Positions 10,351 through 28,373 of a stretch of DNA of 64,000 nt are shown in pieces. Position numbers and translations under genes: made by a program. The stretch's first letter is position 1, and each line of letters starts with the position of its first letter. Source of the DNA: Zygnema circumcarinatum SAG 698-1b (taxonomy: Eukaryota; Plantae; Zygnematophyceae); the NCBI GenBank assembly GCA_037447605.1, contig CM074809.1:1602689-1666688 (forward strand). Direction: 5' to 3'. The notes beneath the pieces were generated by a model that saw only the letters and a list, made by a program, of their open reading frames with translations, was not told the origin of the DNA and searched no databases.

Positions 10351-13098
10351 GGTTTTCTTTCTAAAAATTTTCCTTTCGAGCTTTCTCCGTGTTCAGTGTG
10401 GCCATGGTTGGTTGTTGCGGCTGTAAAGGCTGAGAGAGTGGCAGCCAGTAATCAGGCAGGAGCGCGTGAGGGTTAATTATGGCGGTTGTTTGATTTGGTC
10501 TGGTGAAGTTGTGTGGGTTTTAAGGACGAGAGGTCGCAGGTTTGTTTCGTGTAGATCGCACGTAGATTGCGGCTGAAGTACGTACATCTTCCTTGTGTTA
10601 TTCAATTATTTTTTAGAGGAATTGTATATTTTTTTTTGTGTTCGCAGTTGTTTAGGGCCAGAAGTGGAAGAAAGAAACAGTTTGCCTGCTTTGCTATCTC
10701 GGTGCAGTGCCCGCTCGCGCCGCTCGCCTTGCGAGCCCTGCTCCCTCCAAAAGTGTCTCAGTGCCATATTCGGTGTTGCGGTTGTAGAATTGGGCCGTAT
10801 TTCTCTCTCAGTATCTTCTATCTCATGCTTAGAAGCCTTTCCTTTCCTAAACATATTCAAGAGTCTCAATCATACAAGGAACAACACATATATCCACAAA
10901 AACTTTATTCCAGAATTGAACGAGAGCTTAAGCATCCTATGCTTCTCTCAACGCTCCGGTTGACAAAGTTACAGAAAACAGTAATCTTATACATGTCCTT
11001 CCTAAAACCTCGCCGCCAAAAGCATAACATGATGAACAACATGAACCATTCGATCAGAGGGTCTTGGGATTCACACCACTTGCTAACACTCGACACGTGT
11101 GACTACGTTCGTACACTCCCGTACATAAATTTTGTACAAGATTTCCGTATGATTCTATGTCCGATTTACGGATCTCAACAGCGGTACCCACTGGATTTCT
11201 GCTATGTGAAACTGCGACAGTTGCTCCAAACGCACGACGGCTTAACTTGGTGTCCGCACTACCTTTAACTAAAGTTCAGCCTCGACAGACATCGGAACAT
11301 CTCCCTGAGGGAGTGGAAAAGCCGCTGGGACGGTCCACAACGAAAGTGGCTCGCAAAAGTCCCAACATGTTTGCAAATAGTACACAGGTCGGACCCATGG
11401 ATGGCAATGGTTGGACGTCTAATGGTTCGGAATCATTCGAACGGTTGCCAACCATTCGAATGGTTGTTTTGGCCCGGCGCCAATGGTTGGATCAACCATT
11501 GGAATGGTTGATCTGATGGCCCGACCTATGAAATAGTGTACAGGTCGGACACAGGCAAATGGTGTGCTATACTCTTTAGTTCGGGGAACCAACACGGCAG
11601 GGCGCCCTACTGCAGTCGTTCCTTTTATATAATATGTCATTTGGCATGTTTAATTCTGCTGATAGAGATTGCTAGAAGCAGGCTGAAGAGTCTCACAACC
11701 TCTCAAGGCTGACTCCGTTCCCGTCAGTTTGTGGAGCTGACCATTTCAAGAACGTGCGTTAAATGCCGAAGCTAACCACAAGCACAAGAATAAAAAATAA
11801 CTGCCCGAGCATAATACGCATGTCTAAGGTACACGCTTCCGCAAAATAGGAAGGTCCAAAATTGAGTATCAAGCCATCAAATGGTGTAATGGCTCCCGAG
11901 GACTGTGCAGCACATGCAACTTGCATTACAACTACAAAAGTTGCATTTGAAGGGCAACAAGGGCAAATGGAAGATGGCACAAGGAATGAAAAAAGACACA
12001 TAGTGGGTATTGCACACTTGTTGCTACATAGTTAGTTCGTAGTGGGTGGTTTTCTAGTGCTAGTGCAACACTGGGTACTAAGAAAGCAGAGAGTGCTTGA
12101 GGGACTTCATAGTGCGACAAGTTCTGGGGCGTGCGACAGGTTCCCGTACGGGCGTACGGACGGACCGTACGGGCGTTTGGATTGTCCTTTTACCTTGTGG
12201 AACATTCTGGTGGGTGTACGAGCTTTAGTCCGCGGTGCTTTCTCTTACTCCTTGGCTGTGAGATTCTCCATTGGTGTTCGTCTAATTCTAGCTATATTTC
12301 ATTGGAGTTTGATTTTGTGCTTCCGCAGGTGTGGACATTGCCTCTCTGGCTAGTAGAGATATCTTCCACTTCCACTAGTGCAGGGGGTGGGTCCACATCA
12401 ACACATTTTGTGTGGTGCTTGTTGTATAGGAGTGCAAGCGGGACAAAGGAAAAGAATGTTCCCGATTGGCTATTTGATGCAACGCCCGCATGCTCCATTG
12501 CATTGTGTAAGCGTCCCCATAAAATACTGAATACTTTTTGTTGTTGAACTCCGTCTTTTCCGGTGCGTTTCTTCGCGATGCGATGCTGTGTTACATTCAC
12601 ATGATTCTGGAATTGCCTTTTGCTGCATCATTCCCAGTTTATATTTTCATTTTCTCGTAGTACAAATATGAGGCATAGGCAGGGGAGACGCATGCGGAAT
12701 AACCCCTTCAATCCTGAAAGCCGTATGGGGCTGCTTTGACGGACGAGACATTCAGTGTTCCTTTGTACTGGAAACTTCCCGTTGCTGTCAAGGCAATGGG
12801 TACTTATTGGGAGGAATGACTGAATATGAAATTACATAGTGTACATTTGGTGCCTATCTGTGCTAGTTTAATAAACTTGAACTTCCAAACTAGTCTGGAA
12901 ATGTCACTGTGCACAAGTTTACTGTCATTGTCATTGAACCCGAGACACCTTTTAGCTTACATCCCTTAAATACCCAAAAAGCAAATGATCTGATAAACAA
13001 ACGCAAAAAAATGCTCCTGTCCTGTCCGTACTGCTCCCCAATAAATATATGAAAGAATGGCACAACCTCAATTGTATGCACAGAAACAAAAAGTGTCG

Positions 13099-19447
<6,349 letters not shown>

Positions 19448-20873
19448 GGCGGCCTCGAGAGGCGGCGCGCCGCCCAGGATAGGAACAGGAAAGGAACAGG
19501 AAGGGAAGGGAAGGGAAGGGAAAGGGAAGGGAAGAGAAGGGAAAGGGAAGGGGAGGTGCAGGTTGGATGGGTCGGGATCGAACTCGCAGAGGTGCCACGT
19601 GGCAAGCGTAGCGTACACTTCACGGCGTTCCGTCCAGCTGGCAGCCGCGCCGCCCCGGTGGGGTTGACACGTGGCCTCTGGCAAGTTGCGTGCCTCGGAA
19701 GGCGGGACGCGTGCCCTCGCCGTGCCCCGCCACGTGGCTACGCCCCTCCACGAATCCGCGAACATAGGCGAACATTTGCGCAGGTCGCACCACTGGACCA
19801 ACCATTGTATCGCGGACCCAGCCAACCATTGTCAATGGGCGGAACCATTGGATGGATGTCGGCGCCGGACCAAAACAACCATTGCCAATGGTCGCAATCA
19901 TTCCAATGTTTCGGAACCATTGGCGCCGGACATGCTTGGTTGGACAAGAAGAAAGGCTGGTTTTTCCTAGCCGCCAAAATCATTTTCTGAAAGAAAGCTT
20001 TGAATGGGAAGTGCATTCAACACACTTTTGCATTGAACTCAAAGAAAGTATTTGGAGACGGGGAAAGTTGAATGAATTTCTCGAAATTCGGGACTCCCAT
20101 TCGGCGTTCGGACCCGAATAGAAAATTGGGGTAAACTAACGCGATCCGATCTACGAACTAAACGCCGCCACGTGGCACTCCGCGACCCTCGTCATCCAGT
20201 CTCTACGCTGTCCAAGCTAAGCTTGAGCTTTTGTGGATACAGTAGTCGGAAGCGCGGTTCGACTAGGCAGCGGGCAGGCCATGTCAGCAGGCCACGTCAG
20301 CAGGTTGCCGGTACAGGCTACCGGGGGGACCTCTGAACGGCCATGTGGCAGCTCATGGGTGATCCACGTCATGAACGAGATAGCCACGCCATACATGAGC
20401 CACGTATGGCCACGCCCAGCCGCGGGCGGCCATAAATTCCGGCGCGCACGCTTCCGTGCCGTCGGATACGCTACGTGCGCGAATGGGACGCTCTCCGCCG
20501 TCAGATGTGGCGCGGGGCCCTCGCCATGAAAGTCAAGGGCGAGGCGCTCCGCCTTTAACGGGCCGCCAGCCCGTGGGAAGCCGCCACGTGTTCCCTAAAA
20601 AAGTGGAGCGACGATCCGATAGGGACGCAGGGGGCCGTTCGCCGCTCGAACGCTCCGCCGCCTCCCTGGCGGGCTGTCTGCGTGCGCCCATAAAGGGCAG
20701 TCCATGGCGGGGAGGGAGGGAGGGAGGCTGTAGCTGCTGCTGCGACACTCAGACTGCACCCCGCCATGGCGAGGTCTCTGCTCCTCCTGCTGGGTGTCGC
20801 CATGGCGCTGCTGCACGCGCTCCCTGCAGGCGCTGTCCGCAGGAGCTCTGCGCTGCGGGAGAGGCGTCTCGCC

Positions 20874-22422
20874 TGTTGGAAACTAGAGCCTGGTCTCTCT
20901 CACTTGCTGCACTCTCAGACATCCTTGCACTTCAGCGAACACACCCTCCCCAATGCACACACCGGAAAGAGAGAATGAAGACTGAAGAAGAAAAGACACC
21001 GAGAAGTGAAGTAAGAGGAGAAAGCCCCACCGGCTCAAAACTCCTTAAAATAGATAAGAAGGGTTACACACAGAAACTCAGCCCTCAAGCGATTCCTACT
21101 GCTCTGCCCTACACACCTATCTACTGCTGCCCATACAGCAGGCCTCTACACTCAGCACCACAAGCCGAGATGCAAGGTTCTAAGGGTTACTAGCACTATG
21201 CACTAAGCAAACTAAATACTAGCCGCTGAAGCACCTCCACGTTCCACCGCGTGCCACCGCGTTCCACCTCCATGTCGTCGAGGTCGCTCCGCGCCTTCTA
21301 GAGTTCGTTTCGCGCCGCGCGAGAGCTCAGCTCGGGAGGCCGCCATGGGGAGGGGAGTGTCCGTACCGAAACTCCCTTCCAAAAGCTCCTCCGTCGCTCC
21401 GAACCTTCCGCGCTCCTTCGCGCCTCCAATAATCCGTACTAAGCTAACTCATAGCCGCGCGACCTATCGTCGCGCACCACGTGTCCACACAACACTTATA
21501 AAACTAAGCGGACTCCACTGGTGGTGCGGCCTATTGCCGCCCGCCACGTGTCTAATTCAAACCTGAAAGTCTTCCGACTCAGAACAGCGCTCTAGCGCAC
21601 TGTTCAGACTGTGACTGTATCTACCAAGGACCGCCGTCTCGGCTAAGGACCGTAAAGTGTACTACATTGTACTATACCCCTATTGTACACTACAAGAGTG
21701 AGGGAAGAGAGAGAGAGGAAGAGAGAGAGAGGGAAAGAGAGGGAGACAGAGAGTGAGAGACGGTTAGAGTGAGAGGAGCGGTAGAGAGTGTTCATGCTAT
21801 TCATTTCTTTTTAGCACCTTACAATATAGTCATATTTGCAGAGATTATTAGTCATCGTTAGTGATCTGCAGTGGTGTGATCTGCGAGGGAATCAACAGCT
21901 GCGANNNNNNNNNNACTAGCACTATGCACTAAGCAAACTAAATACTAGCCGCTGAAGCACCTCCACGTTCCACCGCGTACCACCGCGTTCCACCTCCATG
22001 TCGTCGAGGTCGCTCCGCGCCTTCAGGAGTTCGCTCCGCGCCGCGCGGGAGCTCAGCTCGGGAGGCCGCCATGGGGAGGGGAGCGTCCGTACCGAAACTC
22101 CCCTCCGAAAAGCTCCTCCGTCGCTCCGAACCTTCCGCGCGCCTTCGCGCCTCCAATTATCCGTACTAAGCTAACTCATAGCCGCGCGACCTATCGTCGC
22201 GTGCCACGTGTCCACACAACACTTATAAACCTAAGCGGACTCCACTGGTGGCGCGGCCTATCGCCGCCTGCCACGTGTCCTATTCAAACCCGAACGTCTA
22301 CTGACTCAGAACAGCGCTATAGCGCACTGTTCAGACTGTGACCGTATCTACCAAGGACCGCCGACATCGGCTAAGGACCGTAAAGTGTACTACGTTGTAC
22401 TATACCCCTTTTGTACACTACA
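20874..22422. mobile_element. LTR retrotransposon-type insertion (two related LTRs, internal region mostly in an assembly gap)
   Basis: TG at 20874 and CA at 22422, flanked by a 5-bp TSD TCGCC (20869-20873, 22423-22427); the uninterrupted site is at ~7388 in the paralog. LTR1 is 20874-21694. LTR2 (21915-22422, left end in the gap 21905-21914) matches LTR1 from 21189 onward. Confidence 0.88.
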
Positions 22423-24166
22423 TCGCCGAAGTGGCCGCGACGTGCCCGCAGGCCGCGCTGGACCTGTGCAGCTTCTACTTCGAATGCCACGAGGAGGCGC
22501 CTCCCGTGATCGATCTGGACGGCGCGCCGGACCAAGCGGTGGGGCCCGCCTTGATGGCGAAGGACGCGAGCACGGGGAAGGGCGTGCCGGCGGTGGTGGC
22601 CAGCACGGGCGAGGCGACGTCTCTATGTGGCAGCGCAGTCAGCCTCGGCGACCAGTTCTACATAACGGGACAGCCCTCACACATGCACGTCCGCGCCTTC
22701 AACAAGGTAACTTCGTCTGGCCCTTTCCGCATAGCGTTCTCTTCCATACCTGCTGGCTGATGTGTACAATAGGGGTATAGCCCCGAATAGTACACCGTAC
22801 GGTCCTTAGCCGTTGTCGTAGGTCCTTAGGAGATTCGGTCCGGGCGTGGACCAACCGACAGTCTTTGTCCCCTAGTGGGAACACTTAGAACTAGTCCTTT
22901 GGCCACGTGGCGAGCAGCTATAGGCCGCGTCGACACTGGAGATATTTAGAGTCGTTAAGGATGTTATGACACGTGGCGCGCAGCGATAGGCTGCGCGTAC
23001 GACCTAGGTTTGCTTATTGTTTCTTTGGGTCGACCGTACATTAGTCCGGTGCGTACGGACGAACGCTGGAGTGGCGCGCGCGTTGTCGAGGAAGCTTCTC
23101 GAAGGAAGGCAAGTCGGAGGAGGAGCTTTCTGTACGGACACTCCCCCTCCTGGCCATGGCGACCTAAGGAGGAATTACCGCGAGGAGAGAGGCGAGCGCC
23201 TGGAGACGTGGAGCGTCGCCAGCGACATGGAGGTGCGCGGTGGAACGCGGTGGCGTGCGGTGCAGCGCGGTGGCGAGACATGGCATGCATTAGAACGTGG
23301 AGTAGTGCAGCGCTTAGTACTTAAGTAGGGTTAGACTTAGGTGATTGTAATCTTAATACAGTTACAGCTTAGCTCGTGTTGCTAAGTGTAGTTGCCTGGC
23401 TGTATGGGCAGCAGGGGGTCGGGAGTTAGTCAGAGCTGAAGTAGAAGCCTGAGGGCTGAAACTTGTGCTTGTAACTTCCTTTACTTTATTAAGGAGTTTT
23501 GAGGCCGGGTGCTTTCTCCTTACATTTCCTTACGGTGTTCTTTGCTCATTTGATTTCAGTTATCTTTCAGTGTGTGCACTTGAGAGCTTTCCTTGATTCA
23601 GATTGCAAACATGGCAGTGAGTGAAGTGAGTGAGACGGACCGGGCCTTAATTTACAACAGGCCGGCCTATCGCCGCCTGCCACGTGTCCTATTCAAACCC
23701 GAACGTCTACTGACTCAGAACAGCGCTATAGCGCACTGTTCAGACTGTGACCGTATCTACCAAGGACCGCCGACATCGGCTAAGGACCGTAAAGTGTACT
23801 ACGTTGTACTATACCCCTTTTGTACACTACATCGCCGAAGTGGCCGCGACGTGCCCGCAGGCCGCGCTGGACCTGTGCAGCTTCTAGTTCGAATGCCACG
23901 AGGAGGCGCCTCCCGTGATCGATCTGGACGGCGCGCCGGACCAAGCGGTGGGGCCCGCCTTGATGGCGAAGGACGCGAGCACGGGGAAGGGCGTGCCGGC
24001 GGTGGTGGCCAGCACGGGCGAGGCGACGTCTCTATGTGGCAGCGCAGTCAGCCTCGGCGACCAGTTCTACATAACGGGACAGCCCTCACACGTGCACGTC
24101 CGCGCCTTCAACAAGGTAACTTCGTCTGGCCCTTTCCGCATAGCGTTCTCTTCCATACCTGCCGGC
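22254..24166 (+). repeat. ~504-bp direct duplication (22254-22757 and 23663-24166) flanking the inverted solo LTR
   Basis: Constant offset of 1409 nt. Three substitutions seen between the copies: TAC/TAG, ATG/GTG and CTGGC/CCGGC. Confidence 0.9.
22758..23659 (-). mobile_element. Solo LTR of the same family in inverted orientation
   Basis: Begins TGATGTGTACAATAGGGGTATAG, the reverse complement of the LTR1 end CTATACCCCTATTGTACACTACA. Ends ...TTTACAACA, resembling the reverse complement of TGTTGGAAAC. ~900 bp, TG...CA, no clean TSD. Confidence 0.8.
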
Positions 24167-27100
24167 GTGCTGCGATGTATTTCAAATTAAGTGGCGGCAT
24201 TTATGGCTTGCAGGCTCCGCGCGCGGCCTTTGAGAGCGAGTGCGTGGGGCTGCCCCTCACGGCCGTGCGCGTGGGCGACCTCAACCTCCGGCCTGGCGAC
24301 GCCCACCAAACCGCGTTCCCTGACGCGCGCCGCTGCGTGCTCTTCGCAACCGGCCCCTTGCCCGCCTGCGCACGCAATCATCCTCCCACGCCTTCACCGC
24401 CTCCGCCTTCGTCGCCCCTCCCCCACATTCCCAAATCATACTTTTCCCCCTTTTTGCCGGGGCCATTCGCCGCGCTGTTTGCATTTGGAGACAGTACTAT
24501 TGACATAGGAAACAACAACGATATAGCCGCAAGCCCATTCAAGGCGAATTTCCTTCCGTACGGCATCGACTACATACCCGCCAATGGCCGCTTCACGAAC
24601 GGAAAGTCCCCCATGGACTACGTAGGTGCGCGCAACAATTCTTGTTGATGCTTTACTGCTTTCGTGCTTCATTGCTATTTTTTTCTATGCTTTGGTTGCT
24701 TTTCAGCTATCGCTTGCGCACCCTTGCCTGCCTCTTCGGCTGATCCTGCTTCACTTTCGTAGATGCTGAGCACTTACCGCTTTTTCTTCCTCCGCGACGT
24801 CTTGTAACAGCGGAGTTCTTAGGACAACCTCCGGTGCCCAAATACGACGATTCAAATGCGACTACTTCAGCAGATCACTTTTCTGCAGGGATCAATTTTG
24901 CCTCAGCGTGGTCAGGGGTCCTCACAGAAACAAACTGCATGGCGGTAAGCGGAGGTCCCACCCCCCCATACCCCCTTACTTTTCTGGGTTGCCTATTCGA
25001 CATGTGTGTAGTAAATATTACTGACATTTGGTTCTGTTTGGGTACTCGTTTTTCAACGTGCAGGGAACACTTTGCCTTTCACTCAGTTTCCAAGTTAGCC
25101 AGTTCCTGGCTATGTGTTCGAACTACACTGCAGAGGTGAGTATCCCGTGCATCCTAATTTCAGAGCATTGGCCATACTTAACACTCATTTCAAAAGAAAG
25201 TGCATTGACATTCTCTTCATGACTCGTGCCTGCATGGCTTATGAACCGAGTTGTAGTATCGCACGGCATAAGGAGGTCACTATCAGCTGAATACTGCTCT
25301 GATAAATTGCAATGCCTTTGCGTGCATGAATTGGGAGAGACCAGGAGAAAGCGACGAGTCTATTCATCATCTCATCGGGAGGAAGTGACTACTATTCATA
25401 TTTTGCGAATCCGACAGCAATCAATGCAACAGAATTTGTAGGCAGAGTGATTGATGGACTCGCTGAGACATTGCAGGTGAGAGTAAGTACAGCATGACAG
25501 TTAGTAGGTAGTAGTAGTGTGGATTCAGGAAATGGCTAGTCAGTTCTTCGCTGTCTGTCAGCTGTTGCAAAAATGAATCTGATGGAGGAGAGCGAATTTT
25601 GCCACACGTTCGATCATGATTCTATCATGCAAACGGTTGTTTTCATCTTTCAGTCTGCAAATCTCAAATCTTAACAAGCCATCTCAGCAACTTTGGGACA
25701 AAAAGCTGATCAATTGAAAAGTAATTCACAACTAGAGAATGGAATCATGAATCGGTCACAATTTCTTCTAGGTCTCCTCCGTTCCGTTTTATTCGCAGAG
25801 TGTTGGCACCTCACTACCAGCCGAGTATACCCTCCTCGCCTCCTTGTGAAGCAGACAATCTTGAACACTAACTCGCTGCTACATGATTAATCGGTTAATG
25901 TTTTGTTCCCCTTCCTTTGACAGACTCTGTATGCCGCTGGCGCTCGCAAGTTCCTTGTCACTGAGCAGTATGACATCGGTTGCTCGCCTTTCTTCCTCGC
26001 CTCTTCGAATGTGTCGGAGTCGAACTCTCAGTGCCTCACCCTCGCCACTCCCCTTGTCACAGCACACAATGCAGCCCTAGGACGCCTTCTGGTCGAACTG
26101 CAAGCACGGCTCGTAGGAGCATACTTCACACGTTTCCGTACCCAAGAATACATCTATCACATCACCTCAAATCCAGGCAGCATCGGTAAGTGCCATGCCT
26201 ACTACTCACGCAATCATGAATGTTCGCGAAAACTCCCCGTTGTCACTCTGCAAACATCATTGAATTTTCACTTTTTCATCTCTCTGTCCAATTCATGTTG
26301 CCGAGCTGCTCCCCCATGAACAAGGGGGTTTCCTAATATGTCCTTTGAATCCGTGAAGAACAGATACGATTCTCACAGTGGTGCCCACTGCAGGCCTGTC
26401 CAACGGGTTTGAGGCGTGCTGTGGCGGCGGCCGCTTTGGCGCCGAGATCGAGTGCCGCCTTCCCTCGGCGACGGTGTGCGCGGACCGCGACCAGTTCGTG
26501 TGGTGGGACGGCGGCCACTTGACGCAGGCCGTCTATCGCGACATCGCAAAGCGCCTCGTGGAGGGCGACAGCGGCTTGGTGGCGCCCTACAGCCTCGACG
26601 CCATGGCGCTCCTTTAGGGCCTCTCTTCGAGCCCTTCTCGTCGCTGCGGTTCTGGCTCTTAAAACCCTACGAGCGAGGGCCGGCCTTCTGGCAGGTGCGC
26701 AAGGGAGGTTCAGGAATGGCCATGCGTTGTTGGGCCGGCTGGGGTTTCTGGTGATTGCTTTAGGTTTGTGAAGGAAGGTACTGCTGTAGACTCCTTCCGT
26801 GTGGAGCGAGAAGAGATCGTGGTCAAGCGGAAACGCATCTTGTCGCTGTAGTTGTGCCACTTTTGACGGAATGTATTAAGGGGTTCCTTTTGTGTGAATG
26901 CTTTTGAACGAGAGTGGAAGTGAGGCGAAGTAGAAGTGTACCCCCTTGGTGGTTTGATGCAATACCCCGCGTGCTCCAATCTAAATAACCCTAAAAGCCC
27001 TAAAATACCCTAAAAAACGCTAAAATCCCTAATAACCTTAAATATCTTGAAAACCTTGTCGAACTGTCCGCATACAATACGAATTGTTTGTGTTGTTAGC

Positions 27101-27897
27101 CTTGACCCAATCGCTTCGACCCAAATGCTTTATAATCGAACCGGACTGCAGCACTCAGTGGCTGCCGTCACACTTTGGGCGAAAAATGTGGCGTATCACT
27201 ATTGCCATGCATTCATTCCCGGCTCTGTGTCGCACGGACGTGGCTTGGCGTGGCAATGGTTGAATGCATTGGCAATCAATGGTTGGGTACTAGTCCAACG
27301 GTTGATCCAATAGTCCGCCGTACAGGACCTACTTTGTACCGTACGGTCGCGCTGGTTCACCCGGAGGCGCGCCAGCCAATCACAAGCCGCAACCCGATTC
27401 GGCCCCCACGTGGCAGCGAGCAGGTGGTCCGTACGCTGTTCGTACCGGCCAGCCGGGCGGCCACGCCCGTCGTTTAGACGGGTGCGAATTGTCCCCCTCT
27501 GGCGCTAATTACGGGAAATTTGTTGACTGAGCGGCGGACTTTTCCGACGGAAACGTTTTGGCAATTTCTTCGGAGTGGCCGGCCGGCTACCGGTGATTTC
27601 CGCCGGCCGCCCTCCTGTCGGCGCCGGCCGTCTCCTTCGCAGTCAATAGCCAGTCCTGCTTGTCGGCTAGCGCGCAGACGACGTACGGCCCAACGGTTTT
27701 TTGACACGTCCGAGGGGATCTGGTCGCGTCCTGTGATTGGCCGACACGAGATTTGGAAGTGTGGAGTGTTGGTGATCGTGTTGTACTTCCGCCGCTCCCT
27801 CCTCGCGACGTGCCTCACATCGGTGACCTTCGCGGCTGCTTCTAGGGGCCGCGTTGTTGTGCCGAGGCGTAGTTTTCCGCTCCTAGCTTCGTTTTAT

Positions 27898-28373
27898 TGT
27901 GTTTCGGTCCTTTGTGAGCAGTCCTTCGTGGGTCCACATTTTGCCTTTGTCCATGTACATTTGATGGCCTCGCCATCGCGAGTTCAATGAATGAATGAAT
28001 GTTTTTGTTCTGATTTGGAAGGCATGCCTCGAGAGTCAAGAGTGTGCGCATAACGGGAGCCCGTCGTATTTAGTCCTCGCAATACGATACGACATTGGAG
28101 AGTTTAGTACGCCGATATATCTCGGGACGAGAGCGGAAAGCAACAGCGCATTTCCGATAGAAGGTGATAGAAGGTGTGGCCTTGAGATGTTGCATTGGCG
28201 CCTAAGCCTCCTGCGCGCGCAGTTTGGTAGGCAACACGGAATTTCACGAATCGAGGGCGAGACATGGGCGAATCGGCATTGGACTCACGGTGGTGATGCC
28301 ATCGAACGGACATGGACAAAAACAACATGGGGAACCACGAGAAACCGGTCGTAAAGGACCTTAGGACAAAACA
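27898..28373. mobile_element. MITE-like element with ~90-bp imperfect inverted arms; member of a dispersed family
   Basis: 27898-27988 and the reverse complement of 28277-28373 share GGTCCTTT...CGTGG(G/T)TCC...TTTGTCCATGT...GATGGC...GAGT(T/C)CAATG. Related copies at 31546-31630, 56352-56431, ~43795-43870 and ~44760-44790. Confidence 0.6.

Larger units (their letters stand above)
20766..26617 (+). pseudogene. Second copy of the Cys-domain-GDSL esterase gene; exon 1 split by an LTR element and partly duplicated
   Basis: Exon 1 5' part is at 20766-20873 and resumes at 22428-22706, then again at 23837-24115, where TAC>TAG at ~23885 gives an in-frame stop. Downstream exons (24214-24624, ~24811-24944, ~25064-25135, ~25343-25477, 25925-26186, ~26394-26617) keep GDST and WWDGGHLT and look open. 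Confidence 0.85.

Noticed and set aside
10567-11268. 233-aa + strand ORF after GDSL1
   Set aside because: Non-ATG start, no motifs, composition typical of AT-rich intergenic DNA.
25290-25330. Apparent extra stop codons in GDSL copy 2 exon 5
   Set aside because: They fall in the intron if the conserved CAG|GAG acceptor just downstream is used, so they are not counted as lesions.
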